This document shows, in pieces, positions 15,001 through 30,000 of a stretch of DNA of 64,000 nt (position 1 is the first letter of the stretch; each line of letters opens with the position of its first letter). The notes under the pieces are model-generated. The model was not told the origin of the DNA. It ran no database searches and saw only the letters and a list, made by a program, of their open reading frames with translations. The stretch covers positions 348,316,001 through 348,380,000 of the forward strand of contig OZ024742.1 in assembly GCA_964016885.1 (NCBI GenBank), written 5' to 3'. A program made the position numbers and the translations under genes. Origin of the DNA: Eledone cirrhosa (Eukaryota).

Positions 15001-18000
15001 AAGCTATAGTTTATAACTTCCTCTACTAGTCCCTTCCTCTCCATTAAGATGAAGCTATAATTTATAACTTCCTCTCCTAGTCCCTTCCTCTCCCTTGAAT
15101 TAAAGCTATAGTTTATAACTTCCTCTTCTAGTCCTTTCCTCTCCCTTGAGGTAAAGCTATAGTTTATAACTTCCTCTACTAGTCCCTTCCTCTCCCTTGA
15201 GGTTAAGCTATAGTTTATAACTTCCTCTACTAGTCCCTCCCTGTCCCTTAAGGTAAAGCTATAGTTTATAACTTCCTCTACTAGTCCCTTCCTCTCCCTT
15301 GACATAGAGCTATAGTTTATAACTTCCTCTACTAGTCCCTCCCTGTCCCTTAAGGTAAAGCTATAGTTTATAACTTCCTCTACTAGTCCCTTCCTCTCCC
15401 TTGAGGTAAAGCTATAGTTTATAACTTCCTCTACTAGTCCCTTCCTCTCCCTTAAGGTAAAGCTATAGTTTAGAAATTCCTCTACTACTCCCTTCATCTC
15501 CCTTGAGGTAAAGCTATAGTCTATAACTTCCTCTACTAGTCCCTTCCTCTCCCTTAAGGTAAAGCTATAGTCTATAACTTCCTCTACTAGTCCCTTCCTC
15601 TCCCTTAAGGTAAAGCTATAGTTTATAACTTCCTCTACTAGTCCCTCCCTCTCCCTTAAGGTAAAGCTATAGTTTATAACTTCCTCTACTAGTCCCTTCC
15701 TCTCCCTTGAGATAAAGCTATAGTTTATAACTTCCTCTACTAGTCCCTTCCTCTCCCTTAAGATAAAGCTATAATTTATAACTTCCCCTCCTAGTCCCTT
15801 CCTCTCCCTTGAGTTAAAGCTATAGTTTATAACTTCCTCTTCTAGTCCCTTCCTCTCCCTTGAGGGAAAGCTATAGTTTATAACTTCCTCTACTAGTCCC
15901 TTCCTCTCCCTTGAGATAAAGCTATAGTTTATAACTTCCTCTACTAGTCCATTCCTCTCCCTTGAGGGAAAGCTATAGTTTATAACTTCCTCTACTACTC
16001 CCTTCCTCTCCCTTGAGATAAAGCTATAGTTTATAACTTCCTCTCCTAGTCCCTTCCTCTCCCTTAAGATAAAGCTATAGTTTATAACTTCCTCTACTAG
16101 TCCCTTCCTCTCCCTTGAGGTAAAGCTATAGTTTATAACTTCCTCTACTAGTCCCTTCCTCTCCCTTGAGATAAAGCTATAGTTTATAACTTCCTCTACT
16201 AGTCCATTCCTCTCCCTTGAGGGAAAGCTATAGTTTATAACTTCCTCTACTAGTCCCTTCCTCTCCCTTGAGATAAAGCTATAGTTTATAACTTCCTCTC
16301 CTAGTCCCTTCCTCTCCCTTAAGATAAAGCTATAGTTTATAACTTCCTCTACTAGTCCCTTCCTCTCCCTTGAGTTAAAGCTATAGTTTATAACTTCCTC
16401 TACTAGTCCCTTCCTCTCCCTTAAGATAAAGCTATAGTTTATAACTTCCTCTACTAGTCCCTTCCTCTCCCTTAAGGCAAAGCTATAGTTTATAACTTCC
16501 TCTACTAGTCCCTTCCTCTCCATTAAGATAAAGCTATAATTTATAACTTCCTCTTCTAGTCCCTTCCTCTCCCTTGAGGTAAAGCTATACTTTATAACTT
16601 CCTCTACTAGTCCCTTCCTCTCCCTTGAGGTAAAGCTATAGTTTATAACTTCCTCTACTAGTCCCTTCCTCTCCCTTGAGGTAAAGCTATAGTTTATAAC
16701 TTCCTCTACTAGTCCCTTCCTCTCCCTTGAGTTAAAGCTATAGTTTATAACTTCCTCTACTAGTCCCTTCCTCTCCCTTGAGGTAAAGCTATAGTTTATA
16801 ACTTCCTCTACTAGTCCCTTCCTCTCCCTTGAGTTAAAGCTATAGTTTATAACTTCCTCTACTAGTCCCTCCCTGTCCCTTAAGGTAAAGCTATAGTTTA
16901 TAACTTCCTCTACTAGTCCCTTCCTCTCCCTTGAGGTAAAGCTATAGTTTATAACTTCCTCTACTAGTCCCTTCCTCTCCCTTAAGGTAAAGCTATAGTT
17001 TATAAATTCCTCTACTACTCCCTTCATCTCCCTTGAGGTAAAGCTATAGTCTATAACTTCCTCTACTAGTCCCTTCCTCTCCCTTAAGGTAAAGCTATAG
17101 TTTATAACTTGCTCTACTAGTCCCTCCCTCTCCCTTAAGGTAAAGCTATAGTTTATAACTTCCTCTACTAGTCCCTTCCTCTCCCTTGAGATAAAGCTAT
17201 AGTTTATAACTTCCTCTACTAGTCCCTTCCTCTCCTTTAAGGTAAAGCTATAGTTTATAACTTCCTCTACTAGTCCCTTCCGCTCCCTTGACATAAAGCT
17301 ATAGTTTATAACTTCCTCTACTAGTCCCTTCCTCTCCCTTGACATAAAGCTATAGTTTATAACTTCCTCTACTAGTTCCTTCCTCTCCCTTGACATAAAG
17401 CTATAGTTTATAACTTCCTCTACTAGTCCCTTTCTCTCCCTTGAGGTAAAGCTACACTTTATAACTTCCTCTACTAGTCCCTTCCTCTCCCTTGACATAA
17501 AGCTATAGTTTATAACTTCCTCTACTAGTCCCTTCCTCTCCCTTGAGATAAAGCTATAGTTTATAACTTCCTCTACTAATCCCTTCCTCTCCCTTAAGGC
17601 AAAGCTATATTTTATAACTTCCTCTACTAGTCCATTCCTCTCCCTTGATGGAAAGCTATAGTTTATAACTTCCTCTACTAGTCCCTTCCTCTCCCTTGAG
17701 TTAAAGCTATAGTTTATAACTTCCTCTACTAGTTCCTTCCTCTCCTTTAAGGTAAAGCTATAGTTTATAACTTCCTTTACTAGTCCCTTCCTGTCCCTTA
17801 AGGTAAAGCTATAGTTTATAACTTCCTCTCCTAGTCCCTTCCTCTCCCTTAAGATAAAGCTATAGTTTATAACTTCCTCTACTAGTCCCTTCCTCTCCCT
17901 TGAGTTAAAGCTATAGTTTATAACTTCCTCTACTAGTCCCTTCCTCTCCCTTAAGATAAAGCTATAGTTTATAACTTCCTCTACTAGTCCCTTCCTCTCC

Positions 18001-21000
18001 CTTAAGGCAAAGCTATAGTTTATAACTTCCTCTACTAGTCCCTTCCTCTCCCTTGAGGTAAAGCTATAGTTTATAACTTCCTCTACTAGGCCCTTCATCT
18101 CCCTTGAAGTAAAGCTATAGTTTATAACTTCCTCTACTAGTCCCTTCCTGTCCCTTAAGGTAAAGCTATAGTTTATCACTTCTTCTACTAGTCCCTTCCT
18201 CTCCCTTGAGATAAAGCTATAGTTTATAACTTCCTCTACTAGTTCCTTCCTCTCCCTTGAGATAAAGCTATAGTTTATAACTTCCTCTAATAGTCCCTTC
18301 CTCTCCCTTAAGGAGAAACTATAGTTTATAACTTCCTCTACTAGTCCCTTCCTCTCCTTTAAGGTAAAGCTATAGTTTATAACTTCCTTTACTAGTCCCT
18401 TTCTGTCCCTTAAGGTAAAGCTATAGTTTATAACTTCCTCTACTAGTCCCTTCCTCTCCCTTAAGATAAAGCTATAGTTTATAACTTCCTTTACTAGTCC
18501 CTTCCTGTCCCTTAAGGTAAAGCTATAGTTTATAACTTCCTCTACTAGTCCCTTCCTCTCCCTTGAGATAAAGCTATAGTTTATAACTTCCTCTACTAGT
18601 CCCTTCCTCTCCCTTAAGGCAAAGCTATAGTTTATAACTTCCTCTACTAGTCCCTTCCTCTCCATTAAGATAAAGCTATAATTTATAACTTCCTCTCCTA
18701 GTCCCTTCCTCTCCCTTGAATTAAAGCTATAGTTTATAACTTCCTCTCCTAGTCCCTTCCTCTCCCTTAAGATAAAGCTATAGTTTATAACTTCCTCTAC
18801 TAGTCCCTTCCTCTCCCTTGAGTTAAAGCTATAGTTTATAACTTCCTCTACTAGTCCCTTCCTCTCCCTTAAGATAAAGCTATAGTTTATAACTTCCTCT
18901 ACTAGTCCCTTCCTCTCCCTTAAGGCAAAGCTATAGTTTATAACTTCCTCTACTAGTCCCTTCCTCTCCCTTGAGTTAAAGCTATAGTTTATAACTTCCT
19001 CTACTAGTCCCTTCCTCTCCCTTGAGATAAAGCTATAGTTTATAACTTCCTCTACTAATCTCTTCCTCTCCCTTAAGGCAAAGCTATAGTTTATAACTTC
19101 CTCTACTAGTCCATTCCTCTCCCTTGAGGGAAAGCTATAGTTTATAACTTCCTCTACTAGTCCCTTCCTCTCCCTTGAGTTAAAGCTATAGTTTATAACT
19201 TCCTCTACTAGTCCCTTCCTCTCCCTTAAGATAAAGCTATAGTTTATAACTTCCTCTACTAGTCCCTTCCTCTCCATTAAGATGAAGCTATAATTTATAA
19301 CTTCCTCTCCTAGTCCCTTCCTCTCCCTTGAATTAAAGCTATAGTTTATAACTTCCTCTTCTAGTCCCTTCCTCTCCCTTGAGGTAAAGCTATAGTTTAT
19401 AAATTCCTCTACTAGTCCCTTCCTCTCCCTTGAGGGAAAGCTATAGTTTATAACTTCCTCTACTAGTCCCTTCCTCTCCATTAAGATGAAGCTATAATTT
19501 ATAACTTCCTCTCCTAGTCCCTTCCTCTCCCTTGAATTAAAGCTATAGTTTATAACTTCCTCTTCTAGTCCCTTCCTCTCCCTTGAGGTAAAGCTATAGT
19601 TTATAACTTCCTCTACTAGTCCCTTCCTCTCCCTTGAGGTTAAGCTATAGTTTATAACTTCCACTACTAGTCCCTCCCTGTCCCTTGAGGTAAAGCTATA
19701 GTTTACAACTTCCTCTACTAGTCCCTTCCTCTCCCTTGACATAAAGCTATAGTTTATAACTTCCTCTACTAGTCCCTCCCTGTCCCTTAAGGTAAAGCTA
19801 TAGTTTATAACTTCCTCTACTAGTCCCTTCCTCTCCCTTGAGGTAAAGCTATAGTTTATAACTTCCTCTACTAGTCCCTCCCTCTCCCTTAAGGTAAAGC
19901 TATAGTTTATAACTTCCTCTACTAGTCCCTTCCTCTCCCTTGAGATAAAGCTATAGTTTATAACTTCCTCTACTAGTCCCTTCCTCTCCCTTGACATAAA
20001 GCTATAGTTTATAACTTCCTCTACTAGTCCCTTCCTCTCCCTTGAGATAAGGCTATAGTTTATAACTTCCTCTACTAGTCCCTTCCTCTCCCTTGAGATA
20101 AAGCTATAGTCTATAACTTCCTCTACTAGTCACTTCCTCTCCCTTAAGGTAAAGCTATAGTTTATAACTTCCTCTACTAGTCACTTCCTCTCCCTTAAGG
20201 TAAAGCCATAGTTTATAACTTCCTCTACTAGTCCCTTCCTCTCCATTAAGATAAAGCTATAATTTATAACTTCCTCTTCTAGTCCCTTCCTCTCCCTTGA
20301 GGTAAAGCTATACTTTATAACTTCCTCTACTAGTCCCTTCCTCTCCCTTGAGGTAAAGCTATAGTTTATAACTTCCTCTACTAGTCCCTTCCTCTCCCTT
20401 GAGGTAAAGCTATAGTTTATAACTTCCTCTACTAGTCCCTTCCTCTCCCTTGAGTTAAAGCTATAGTTTATAACTTCCTCTACTAGTCCCTTCCTCTCCC
20501 TTGAGGTAAAGCTATAGTTTATAACTTCCTCTACTAGTCCCTTCCTCTCCCTTGAGTTAAAGCTATAGTTTATAACTTCCTCTACTAGTCCCTCCCTGTC
20601 CCTTAAGGTAAAGCTATAGTTTATAACTTCCTCTACTAGTCCCTTCCTCTCCCTTGAGGTAAAGCTATAGTTTATAACTTCCTCTACTAGTCCCTTCCTC
20701 TCCCTTAAGGTAAAGCTATAGTTTATAAATTCCTCTACTACTCCCTTCATCTCCCTTGAGGTAAAGCTATAGTCTATAACTTCCTCTACTAGTCCCTTCC
20801 TCTCCCTTAAGGTAAAGCTATAGTTTATAACTTGCTCTACTAGTCCCTCCCTCTCCCTTAAGGTAAAGCTATAGTTTATAACTTCCTCTACTAGTCCCTT
20901 CCTCTCCCTTGAGATAAAGCTATAGTTTATAACTTCCTCTACTAGTCCCTTCCTCTCCTTTAAGGTAAAGCTATAGTTTATAAATTCCTCTACTAGTCCC

Positions 21001-24000
21001 TTCCGCTCCCTTGACATAAAGCTATAGTTTATAACTTCCTCTACTAGTCCCTTCCTCTCCCTTGACATAAAGCTATAGTTTATAACTTCCTCTACTAGTT
21101 CCTTCCTCTCCCTTGACATAAAGCTATAGTTTATAACTTCCTCTACTAGTCCCTTTCTCTCCCTTGAGGTAAAGCTACACTTTATAACTTCCTCTACTAG
21201 TCCCTTCCTCTCCCTTGACATAAAGCTATAGTTTATAACTTCCTCTACTAGTCCCTTCCTCTCCCTTGAGATAAAGCTATAGTTTATAACTTCCTCTACT
21301 AATCCCTTCCTCTCCCTTAAGGCAAAGCTATATTTTATAACTTCCTCTACTAGTCCATTCCTCTCCCTTGATGGAAAGCTATAGTTTATAACTTCCTCTA
21401 CTAGTCCCTTCCTCTCCCTTGAGTTAAAGCTATAGTTTATAACTTCCTCTACTAGTTCCTTCCTCTCCTTTAAGGTAAAGCTATAGTTTATAACTTCCTT
21501 TACTAGTCCCTTCCTGTCCCTTAAGGTAAAGCTATAGTTTATAACTTCCTCTCCTAGTCCCTTCCTCTCCCTTAAGATAAAGCTATAGTTTATAACTTCC
21601 TCTACTAGTCCCTTCCTCTCCCTTGAGTTAAAGCTATAGTTTATAACTTCCTCTACTAGTCCCTTCCTCTCCCTTAAGATAAAGCTATAGTTTATAACTT
21701 CCTCTACTAGTCCCTTCCTCTCCCTTAAGGCAAAGCTATAGTTTATAACTTCCTCTACTAGTCCCTTCCTCTCCCTTGAGGTAAAGCTATAGTTTATAAC
21801 TTCCTCTACTAGGCCCTTCATCTCCCTTGAAGTAAAGCTATAGTTTATAACTTCCTCTACTAGTCCCTTCCTGTCCCTTAAGGTAAAGCTATAGTTTATC
21901 ACTTCTTCTACTAGTCCCTTCCTCTCCCTTGAGATAAAGCTATAGTTTATAACTTCCTCTACTAGTTCCTTCCTCTCCCTTGAGATAAAGCTATAGTTTA
22001 TAACTTCCTCTAATAGTCCCTTCCTCTCCCTTAAGGAGAAACTATAGTTTATAACTTCCTCTACTAGTCCCTTCCTCTCCTTTAAGGTAAAGCTATAGTT
22101 TATAACTTCCTTTACTAGTCCCTTTCTGTCCCTTAAGGTAAAGCTATAGTTTATAACTTCCTCTACTAGTCCCTTCCTCTCCCTTAAGATAAAGCTATAG
22201 TTTATAACTTCCTTTACTAGTCCCTTCCTGTCCCTTAAGGTAAAGCTATAGTTTATAACTTCCTCTACTAGTCCCTTCCTCTCCCTTGAGATAAAGCTAT
22301 AGTTTATAACTTCCTCTACTAGTCCCTTCCTCTCCCTTAAGGCAAAGCTATAGTTTATAACTTCCTCTACTAGTCCCTTCCTCTCCATTAAGATAAAGCT
22401 ATAATTTATAACTTCCTCTCCTAGTCCCTTCCTCTCCCTTGAATTAAAGCTATAGTTTATAACTTCCTCTCCTAGTCCCTTCCTCTCCCTTAAGATAAAG
22501 CTATAGTTTATAACTTCCTCTACTAGTCCCTTCCTCTCCCTTGAGTTAAAGCTATAGTTTATAACTTCCTCTACTAGTCCCTTCCTCTCCCTTGAGATAA
22601 AGCTATAGTTTATAACTTCCTCTACTAATCTCTTCCTCTCCCTTAAGGCATAGCTATAGTTTATAACTTCCTCTACTAGTCCATTCCTCTCCCTTGAGGG
22701 AAAGCTATAGTTTATAACTTCCTCTACTAGTCCCTTCCTCTCCCTTGAGTTAAAGCTATAGTTTATAACTTCCTCTACTAGTCCCTTCCTCTCCCTTAAG
22801 ATAAAGCTATAGTTTATAACTTCCTCTACTAGTCCCTTCCTCTCCATTAAGATGAAGCTATAATTTATAACTTCCTCTCCTAGTCCCTTCCTCTCCCTTG
22901 AATTAAAGCTATAGTTTATAACTTCCTCTTCTAGTCCCTTCCTCTCCCTTGAGGTAAAGCTATAGTTTATAAATTCCTCTACTAGTCCCTTCCTCTCCCT
23001 TGAGGTTAAGCTATAGTTTATAACTTCCACTACTAGTCCCTCCCTGTCCCTTGAGGTAAAGCTATAGTTTACAACTTCCTCTACTAGTCCCTTCCTCTCC
23101 CTTGACATAAAGCTATAGTTTATAACTTCCTCTACTAGTCCCTCCCTGTCCCTTAAGGTAAAGCTATAGTTTATAACTTCCTCTACTAGTCCCTTCCTCT
23201 CCCTTGAGGTAAAGCTATAGTTTATAACTTCCTCTACTAGTCCCTCCCTCTCCCTTAAGGTAAAGCTATAGTTTATAACTTCCTCTACTAGTCCCTTCCT
23301 CTCCCTTGAGATAAAGCTATAGTTTATAACTTCCTCCACTAGTCCCTTCCTCTCCCTTGACATAAAGCTATAGTTTATAACTTCCTCTACTAGTCCCTTC
23401 TTCTCCCTTGAGATAAGGCTATAGTTTATAACTTCCTCTACTAGTCCCTTCCTCTCCCTTGAGATAAAGCTATAGTCTATAACTTCCTCTACTAGTCACT
23501 TCCTCTCCCTTAAGGTAAAGCTATAGTTTATAACTTCCTCTACTAGTCACTTCCTCTCCCTTAAGGTAAAGCCATAGTTTATAACTTCCTCTACTAGTCC
23601 CTTCCTCTCCCTTAAGATAAAGCTATAGTTTATAACTTCCTCTACTAGTCACTTCCTCTCCCTTAAGGTAAAGCTATTGTTTATAACTTCCTCTACTAGT
23701 CCCTTCCTCACTCTTGAGGTAAAGCTACAGTTTATCACTTCCTCTACTAGTCCCTTCCTCTCCCTTGAGATAAAGCTATAGTTTATAACTTCCTCTACTA
23801 CTCCCTTCTTCTCCCTTGAGGTAAAGCTATAGTTTATAACTTCCTCTACTAGTCCGTTCTTCTCCCTTAAGGTAAAGCTATAGTTTATAACTTCCTCTAC
23901 TAGTCCCTTCCTCTCCCTTAAGGCAAAGCTATAGTTTATAACTTCCTCTACTAGTCCCTTCCTCTCCCTTGAGGTAAAGCTATAGTTTATAACTTCCTCT

Positions 24001-27000
24001 ACTAGGCCCTTCCTCTCCCTTGAAGTAAAGCTATAGTTTATAACTTCCTCTACTAGTCCCTTCCTGTCCCTTAAGGTAAAGCTATAGTTTATCACTTCTT
24101 CTACTAGTCCCTTCCTCTCCCTTGAGATAAAGCTATAGTTTATAACTTCCTCTACTAGTTCCTTCCTCTCCCTTGAGATAAAGCTATAGTTTATAACTTC
24201 CTCTAATAGTCCCTTCCTCTCCCTTAAGGAGAAACTATAGTTTATAACTTCCTCTACTAGTCCCTTCCTCTCCTTTAAGGTAAAGCTATAGTTTATAACT
24301 TCCTTTACTAGTCCCTTTCTGTCCCTTAAGGTAAAGCTATAGTTTATAACTTCCTCTACTAGTCCCTTCCTCTCCCTTGAGATAAAGCTATAGTTTATAA
24401 CTTCCTTTACTAGTCCCTTCCTGTCCCTTAAGGTAAAGCTATAGTTTATAACTTCCTCTACTAGTCCCTTCCTCTCCCTTGAGATAAAGCTATAGTTTAT
24501 AACTTCCTCTACTAGTCCCTTCCTCTCCCTTAAGGCAAAGCTATAGTTTATAACTTCCTCTACTAGTCCCTTCCTCTCCATTAAGATAAAGCTATAATTT
24601 ATAACTTCCTCTCCTAGTCCCTTCCTCTCCCTTGAATTAAAGCTATAGTTTATAACTTCCTCTCCTAGTCCCTTCCTCTCCCTTAAGATAAAGCTATAGT
24701 TTATAACTTCCTCTACTAGTCCCTTCCTCTCCCTTGAGTTAAAGCTATAGTTTATAACTTCCTCTACTAGTCCCTTCCTCTCCCTTAAGATAAAGCTATA
24801 GTTTATAACTTCCTCTACTAGTCCCTTCCTCTCCCTTAAGGCAAAGCTATAGTTTATAACTTCCTCTACTAGTCCCTTCCTCTCCCTTGAGTTAAAGCTA
24901 TAGTTTATAACTTCCTCTACTAGTCCCTTCCTCTCCCTTGAGATAAAGCTATAGTTTATAACTTCCTCTACTAATCTCTTCCTCTCCCTTAAGGCAAAGC
25001 TATAGTTTATAACTTCCTCTACTAGTCCATTCCTCTCCCTTGAGGGAAAGCTATAGTTTATAACTTCCTCTACTAGTCCCTTCCTCTCCCTTGAGTTAAA
25101 GCTATAGTTTATAACTTCCTCTACTAGTCCCTTCCTCTCCCTTAAGATAAAGCTATAGTTTATAACTTCCTCTACTAGTCCCTTCCTCTCCATTAAGATG
25201 AAGCCATAATTTATAACTTCCTCTCCTAGTCCCTTCCTCTCCCTTGAATTAAAGCTATAGTTTATAACTTCCTCTTCTAGTCCCTTCCTCTCCCTTGAGG
25301 TAAAGCTATAGTTTATAACTTCCTCTACTAGTCCCTTCCTCTCCCTTGAGGTTAAGCTATAGTTTATAACTTCCTCTACTAGTCCCTCCCTGTCCCTTAA
25401 GGTAAAGCTATAGTTTATAACTTCCTCTACTAGTCCCTTCCTCTCCCTTGACATAAAGCTATAGTTTATAACTTCTCTACTACTCCCTTCATCTCCCTTG
25501 AGGTAAAGCTATAGTCTATAACTTCCTCTACTAGTCCCTTCCTCTCCCTTAAGGTAAAGCTATAGTCTATAACTTCCTCTACTAGTCCCTTCCTCTCCCT
25601 TAAGGTAAAGCTATAGTTTATAACTTCCTCTACTAGTCCCTCCCTCTCCCTTAAGGTAAAGCTATAGTTTATCACTTCTTCTACTAGTCCCTTCCTCTCC
25701 CTTGCGATAAAGCTATAGTTTATAACTTCCACTACTAGTTCCTTCCTCTCCCTTGAGATGAAGCTATAGTTTATAACTTCCTCTAATAGTCCCTTCCTCT
25801 CCCTTAAGGAGAAACTATAGTTTATAACTTCCTCTACTAGTCCCTTCCTCTCCTTTAAGGTAAAGCTATAGTTTATAACTTCCTTTACTAGTCCCTTTCT
25901 GTCCCTTAAGGTAAAGCTATAGTTTATAACTTCCTCTACTAGTCCCTTCCTCTCCCTTGAGATAAAGCTATAGTTTATAACTTCCTTTACTAGTCCCTTC
26001 CTGTCCCTTAAGGTAAAGCTATAGTTTATAACTTCCTCTACTAGTCCCTTCCTCTCCCTTGAGATAAAGCTATAGTTTATAACTTCCTCTACTAGTCCCT
26101 TCCTCTCCCTTAAGGCAAAGCTATAGTTTATATCTTCCTCTACTAGTCCCTTCCTCTCCATTAAGATAAAGCTATAATTTATAACTTCCTCTCCTAGTCC
26201 CTTCCTCTCCCTTGAATTAAAGCTATAGTTTATAACTTCCTCTCCTAGTCCCTTCCTCTCCCTTAAGATAAAGCTATAGTTTATAACTTCCTCTACTAGT
26301 CCCTTCCTCTCCCTTGAGTTAAAGCTATAGTTTATAACTTCCTCTACTAGTCCCTTCCTCTCCCTTAAGATAAAGCTATAGTTTATAACTTCCTCTACTA
26401 GTCCCTTCCTCTCCCTTAAGACAAAGCTATAGTTTATAACTTCCTCTACTAGTCCCTTCCTCTCCCTTGAGTTAAAGCTATAGTTTATAACTTCCTCTAC
26501 TAGTCCCTTCCTCTCCCTTGAGATAAAGCTATAGTTTATAACTTCCTCTACTAATCTCTCCCTCTCCCTTAAGGCAAAGCTATAGTTTATAACTTGCTCT
26601 ACTAGTCCATTCCTCTCCCTTGAGGGAAAGCTATAGTTTATAACTTCCTCTACTAGTCCCTTCCTCTCCCTTGAGTTAAAGCTATAGTTTATAACTTCCT
26701 CTACTAGTCCCTTCCTCTCCCTTAAGATAAAGCTATAGTTTATAACTTCCTCTACTAGTCCCTTCCTCTCCATTAAGATGAAGCTATAATTTATAACTTC
26801 CTCTCCTAGTCCCTTCCTCTCCCTTGAATTAAAGCTATAGTTTATAACTTCCTCTTCTAGTCCCTTCCTCTCCCTTGAGGTAAAGCTATAGTTTATAACT
26901 TCCTCTACTAGTCCCTTCCTCTCCCTTGAGGTTAAGCTATAGTTTATAACTTCCACTACTAGTCCCTCCCTGTCCCTTAAGGTAAAGCTATAGTTTACAA

Positions 27001-30000
27001 CTTCCTCTACTAGTCACTTCCTCTCCCTTAAGGTAAAGCTATAGTTTATAACTTCCTCTACTAGTCACTTCCTCTCCCTTAAGGTAAAGCCATAGTTTAT
27101 AACTTCCTCTACTAGTCCCTTCCTCTCCCTTAAGATAAAGCTATAGTTTATAACTTCCTCTACTAGTCACTTCCTCTCCCTTAAGGTAAAGCTATTGTTT
27201 ATAACTTCCTCTACTAGTCCCTTCCTCACTCTTGAGGTAAAGCTACAGTTTATCACTTCCTCTACTAGTCCCTTCCTCTCCCTTGAGATAAAGCTATAGT
27301 TTATAACTTCCTCTACTACTCCCTTCTTCTCCCTTGAGGTAAAGCTATAGTTTATAACTTCCTCTACTAGTCCGTTCTTCTCCCTTAAGGTAAAGCTATA
27401 GTTTATAACTTCCTCTACTAGTCCCTTCCTCTCCCTTAAGGCAAAGCTATAGTTTATAACTTCCTCTACTAGTCCCTTCCTCTCCCTTGAGGTAAAGCTA
27501 TAGTTTATAACTTCCTCTACTAGGCCCTTCCTCTCCCTTGAAGTAAAGCTATAGTTTATAACTTCCTCTACTAGTCCCTTCCTGTCCCTTAAGGTAAAGC
27601 TATAGTTTATCACTTCTTCTACTAGTCCCTTCCTCTCCCTTGAGATAAAGCTATAGTTTATAACTTCCTCTACTAGTTCCTTCCTCTCCCTTGAGATAAA
27701 GCTATAGTTTATAACTTCCTCTAATAGTCCCTTCCTCTCCCTTAAGGAGAAACTATAGTTTATAACTTCCTCTACTAGTCCCTTCCTCTCCTTTAAGGTA
27801 AAGCTATAGTTTATAACTTCCTTTACTAGTCCCTTTCTGTCCCTTAAGGTAAAGCTATAGTTTATAACTTCCTCTACTAGTCCCTTCCTCTCCCTTGAGA
27901 TAAAGCTATAGTTTATAACTTCCTTTACTAGTCCCTTCCTGTCCCTTAAGGTAAAGCTATAGTTTATAACTTCCTCTACTAGTCCCTTCCTCTCCCTTGA
28001 GATAAAGCTATAGTTTATAACTTCCTCTACTAGTCCCTTCCTCTCCCTTAAGGCAAAGCTATAGTTTATAACTTCCTCTACTAGTCCCTTCCTCTCCATT
28101 AAGATAAAGCTATAATTTATAACTTCCTCTCCTAGTCCCTTCCTCTCCCTTGAATTAAAGCTATAGTTTATAACTTCCTCTCCTAGTCCCTTCCTCTCCC
28201 TTAAGATAAAGCTATAGTTTATAACTTCCTCTACTAGTCCCTTCCTCTCCCTTGAGTTAAAGCTATAGTTTATAACTTCCTCTACTAGTCCCTTCCTCTC
28301 CCTTAAGATAAAGCTATAGTTTATAACTTCCTCTACTAGTCCCTTCCTCTCCCTTAAGGCAAAGCTATAGTTTATAACTTCCTCTACTAGTCCCTTCCTC
28401 TCCCTTGAGTTAAAGCTATAGTTTATAACTTCCTCTACTAGTCCCTTCCTCTCCCTTGAGATAAAGCTATAGTTTATAACTTCCTCTACTAATCTCTTCC
28501 TCTCCCTTAAGGCAAAGCTATAGTTTATAACTTCCTCTACTAGTCCATTCCTCTCCCTTGAGGGAAAGCTATAGTTTATAACTTCCTCTACTAGTCCCTT
28601 CCTCTCCCTTGAGTTAAAGCTATAGTTTATAACTTCCTCTACTAGTCCCTTCCTCTCCCTTAAGATAAAGCTATAGTTTATAACTTCCTCTACTAGTCCC
28701 TTCCTCTCCATTAAGATGAAGCCATAATTTATAACTTCCTCTCCTAGTCCCTTCCTCTCCCTTGAATTAAAGCTATAGTTTATAACTTCCTCTTCTAGTC
28801 CCTTCCTCTCCCTTGAGGTAAAGCTATAGTTTATAACTTCCTCTACTAGTCCCTTCCTCTCCCTTGAGGTTAAGCTATAGTTTATAACTTCCTCTACTAG
28901 TCCCTCCCTGTCCCTTAAGGTAAAGCTATAGTTTATAACTTCCTCTACTAGTCCCTTCCTCTCCCTTGACATAAAGCTATAGTTTATAACTTCTCTACTA
29001 CTCCCTTCATCTCCCTTGAGGTAAAGCTATAGTCTATAACTTCCTCTACTAGTCCCTTCCTCTCCCTTAAGGTAAAGCTATAGTCTATAACTTCCTCTAC
29101 TAGTCCCTTCCTCTCCCTTAAGGTAAAGCTATAGTTTATAACTTCCTCTACTAGTCCCTCCCTCTCCCTTAAGGTAAAGCTATAGTTTATCACTTCTTCT
29201 ACTAGTCCCTTCCTCTCCCTTGCGATAAAGCTATAGTTTATAACTTCCACTACTAGTTCCTTCCTCTCCCTTGAGATGAAGCTATAGTTTATAACTTCCT
29301 CTAATAGTCCCTTCCTCTCCCTTAAGGAGAAACTATAGTTTATAACTTCCTCTACTAGTCCCTTCCTCTCCTTTAAGGTAAAGCTATAGTTTATAACTTC
29401 CTTTACTAGTCCCTTTCTGTCCCTTAAGGTAAAGCTATAGTTTATAACTTCCTCTACTAGTCCCTTCCTCTCCCTTGAGATAAAGCTATAGTTTATAACT
29501 TCCTTTACTAGTCCCTTCCTGTCCCTTAAGGTAAAGCTATAGTTTATAACTTCCTCTACTAGTCCCTTCCTCTCCCTTGAGATAAAGCTATAGTTTATAA
29601 CTTCCTCTACTAGTCCCTTCCTCTCCCTTAAGGCAAAGCTATAGTTTATATCTTCCTCTACTAGTCCCTTCCTCTCCATTAAGATAAAGCTATAATTTAT
29701 AACTTCCTCTCCTAGTCCCTTCCTCTCCCTTGAATTAAAGCTATAGTTTATAACTTCCTCTCCTAGTCCCTTCCTCTCCCTTAAGATAAAGCTATAGTTT
29801 ATAACTTCCTCTACTAGTCCCTTCCTCTCCCTTGAGTTAAAGCTATAGTTTATAACTTCCTCTACTAGTCCCTTCCTCTCCCTTAAGATAAAGCTATAGT
29901 TTATAACTTCCTCTACTAGTCCCTTCCTCTCCCTTAAGACAAAGCTATAGTTTATAACTTCCTCTACTAGTCCCTTCCTCTCCCTTGAGTTAAAGCTATA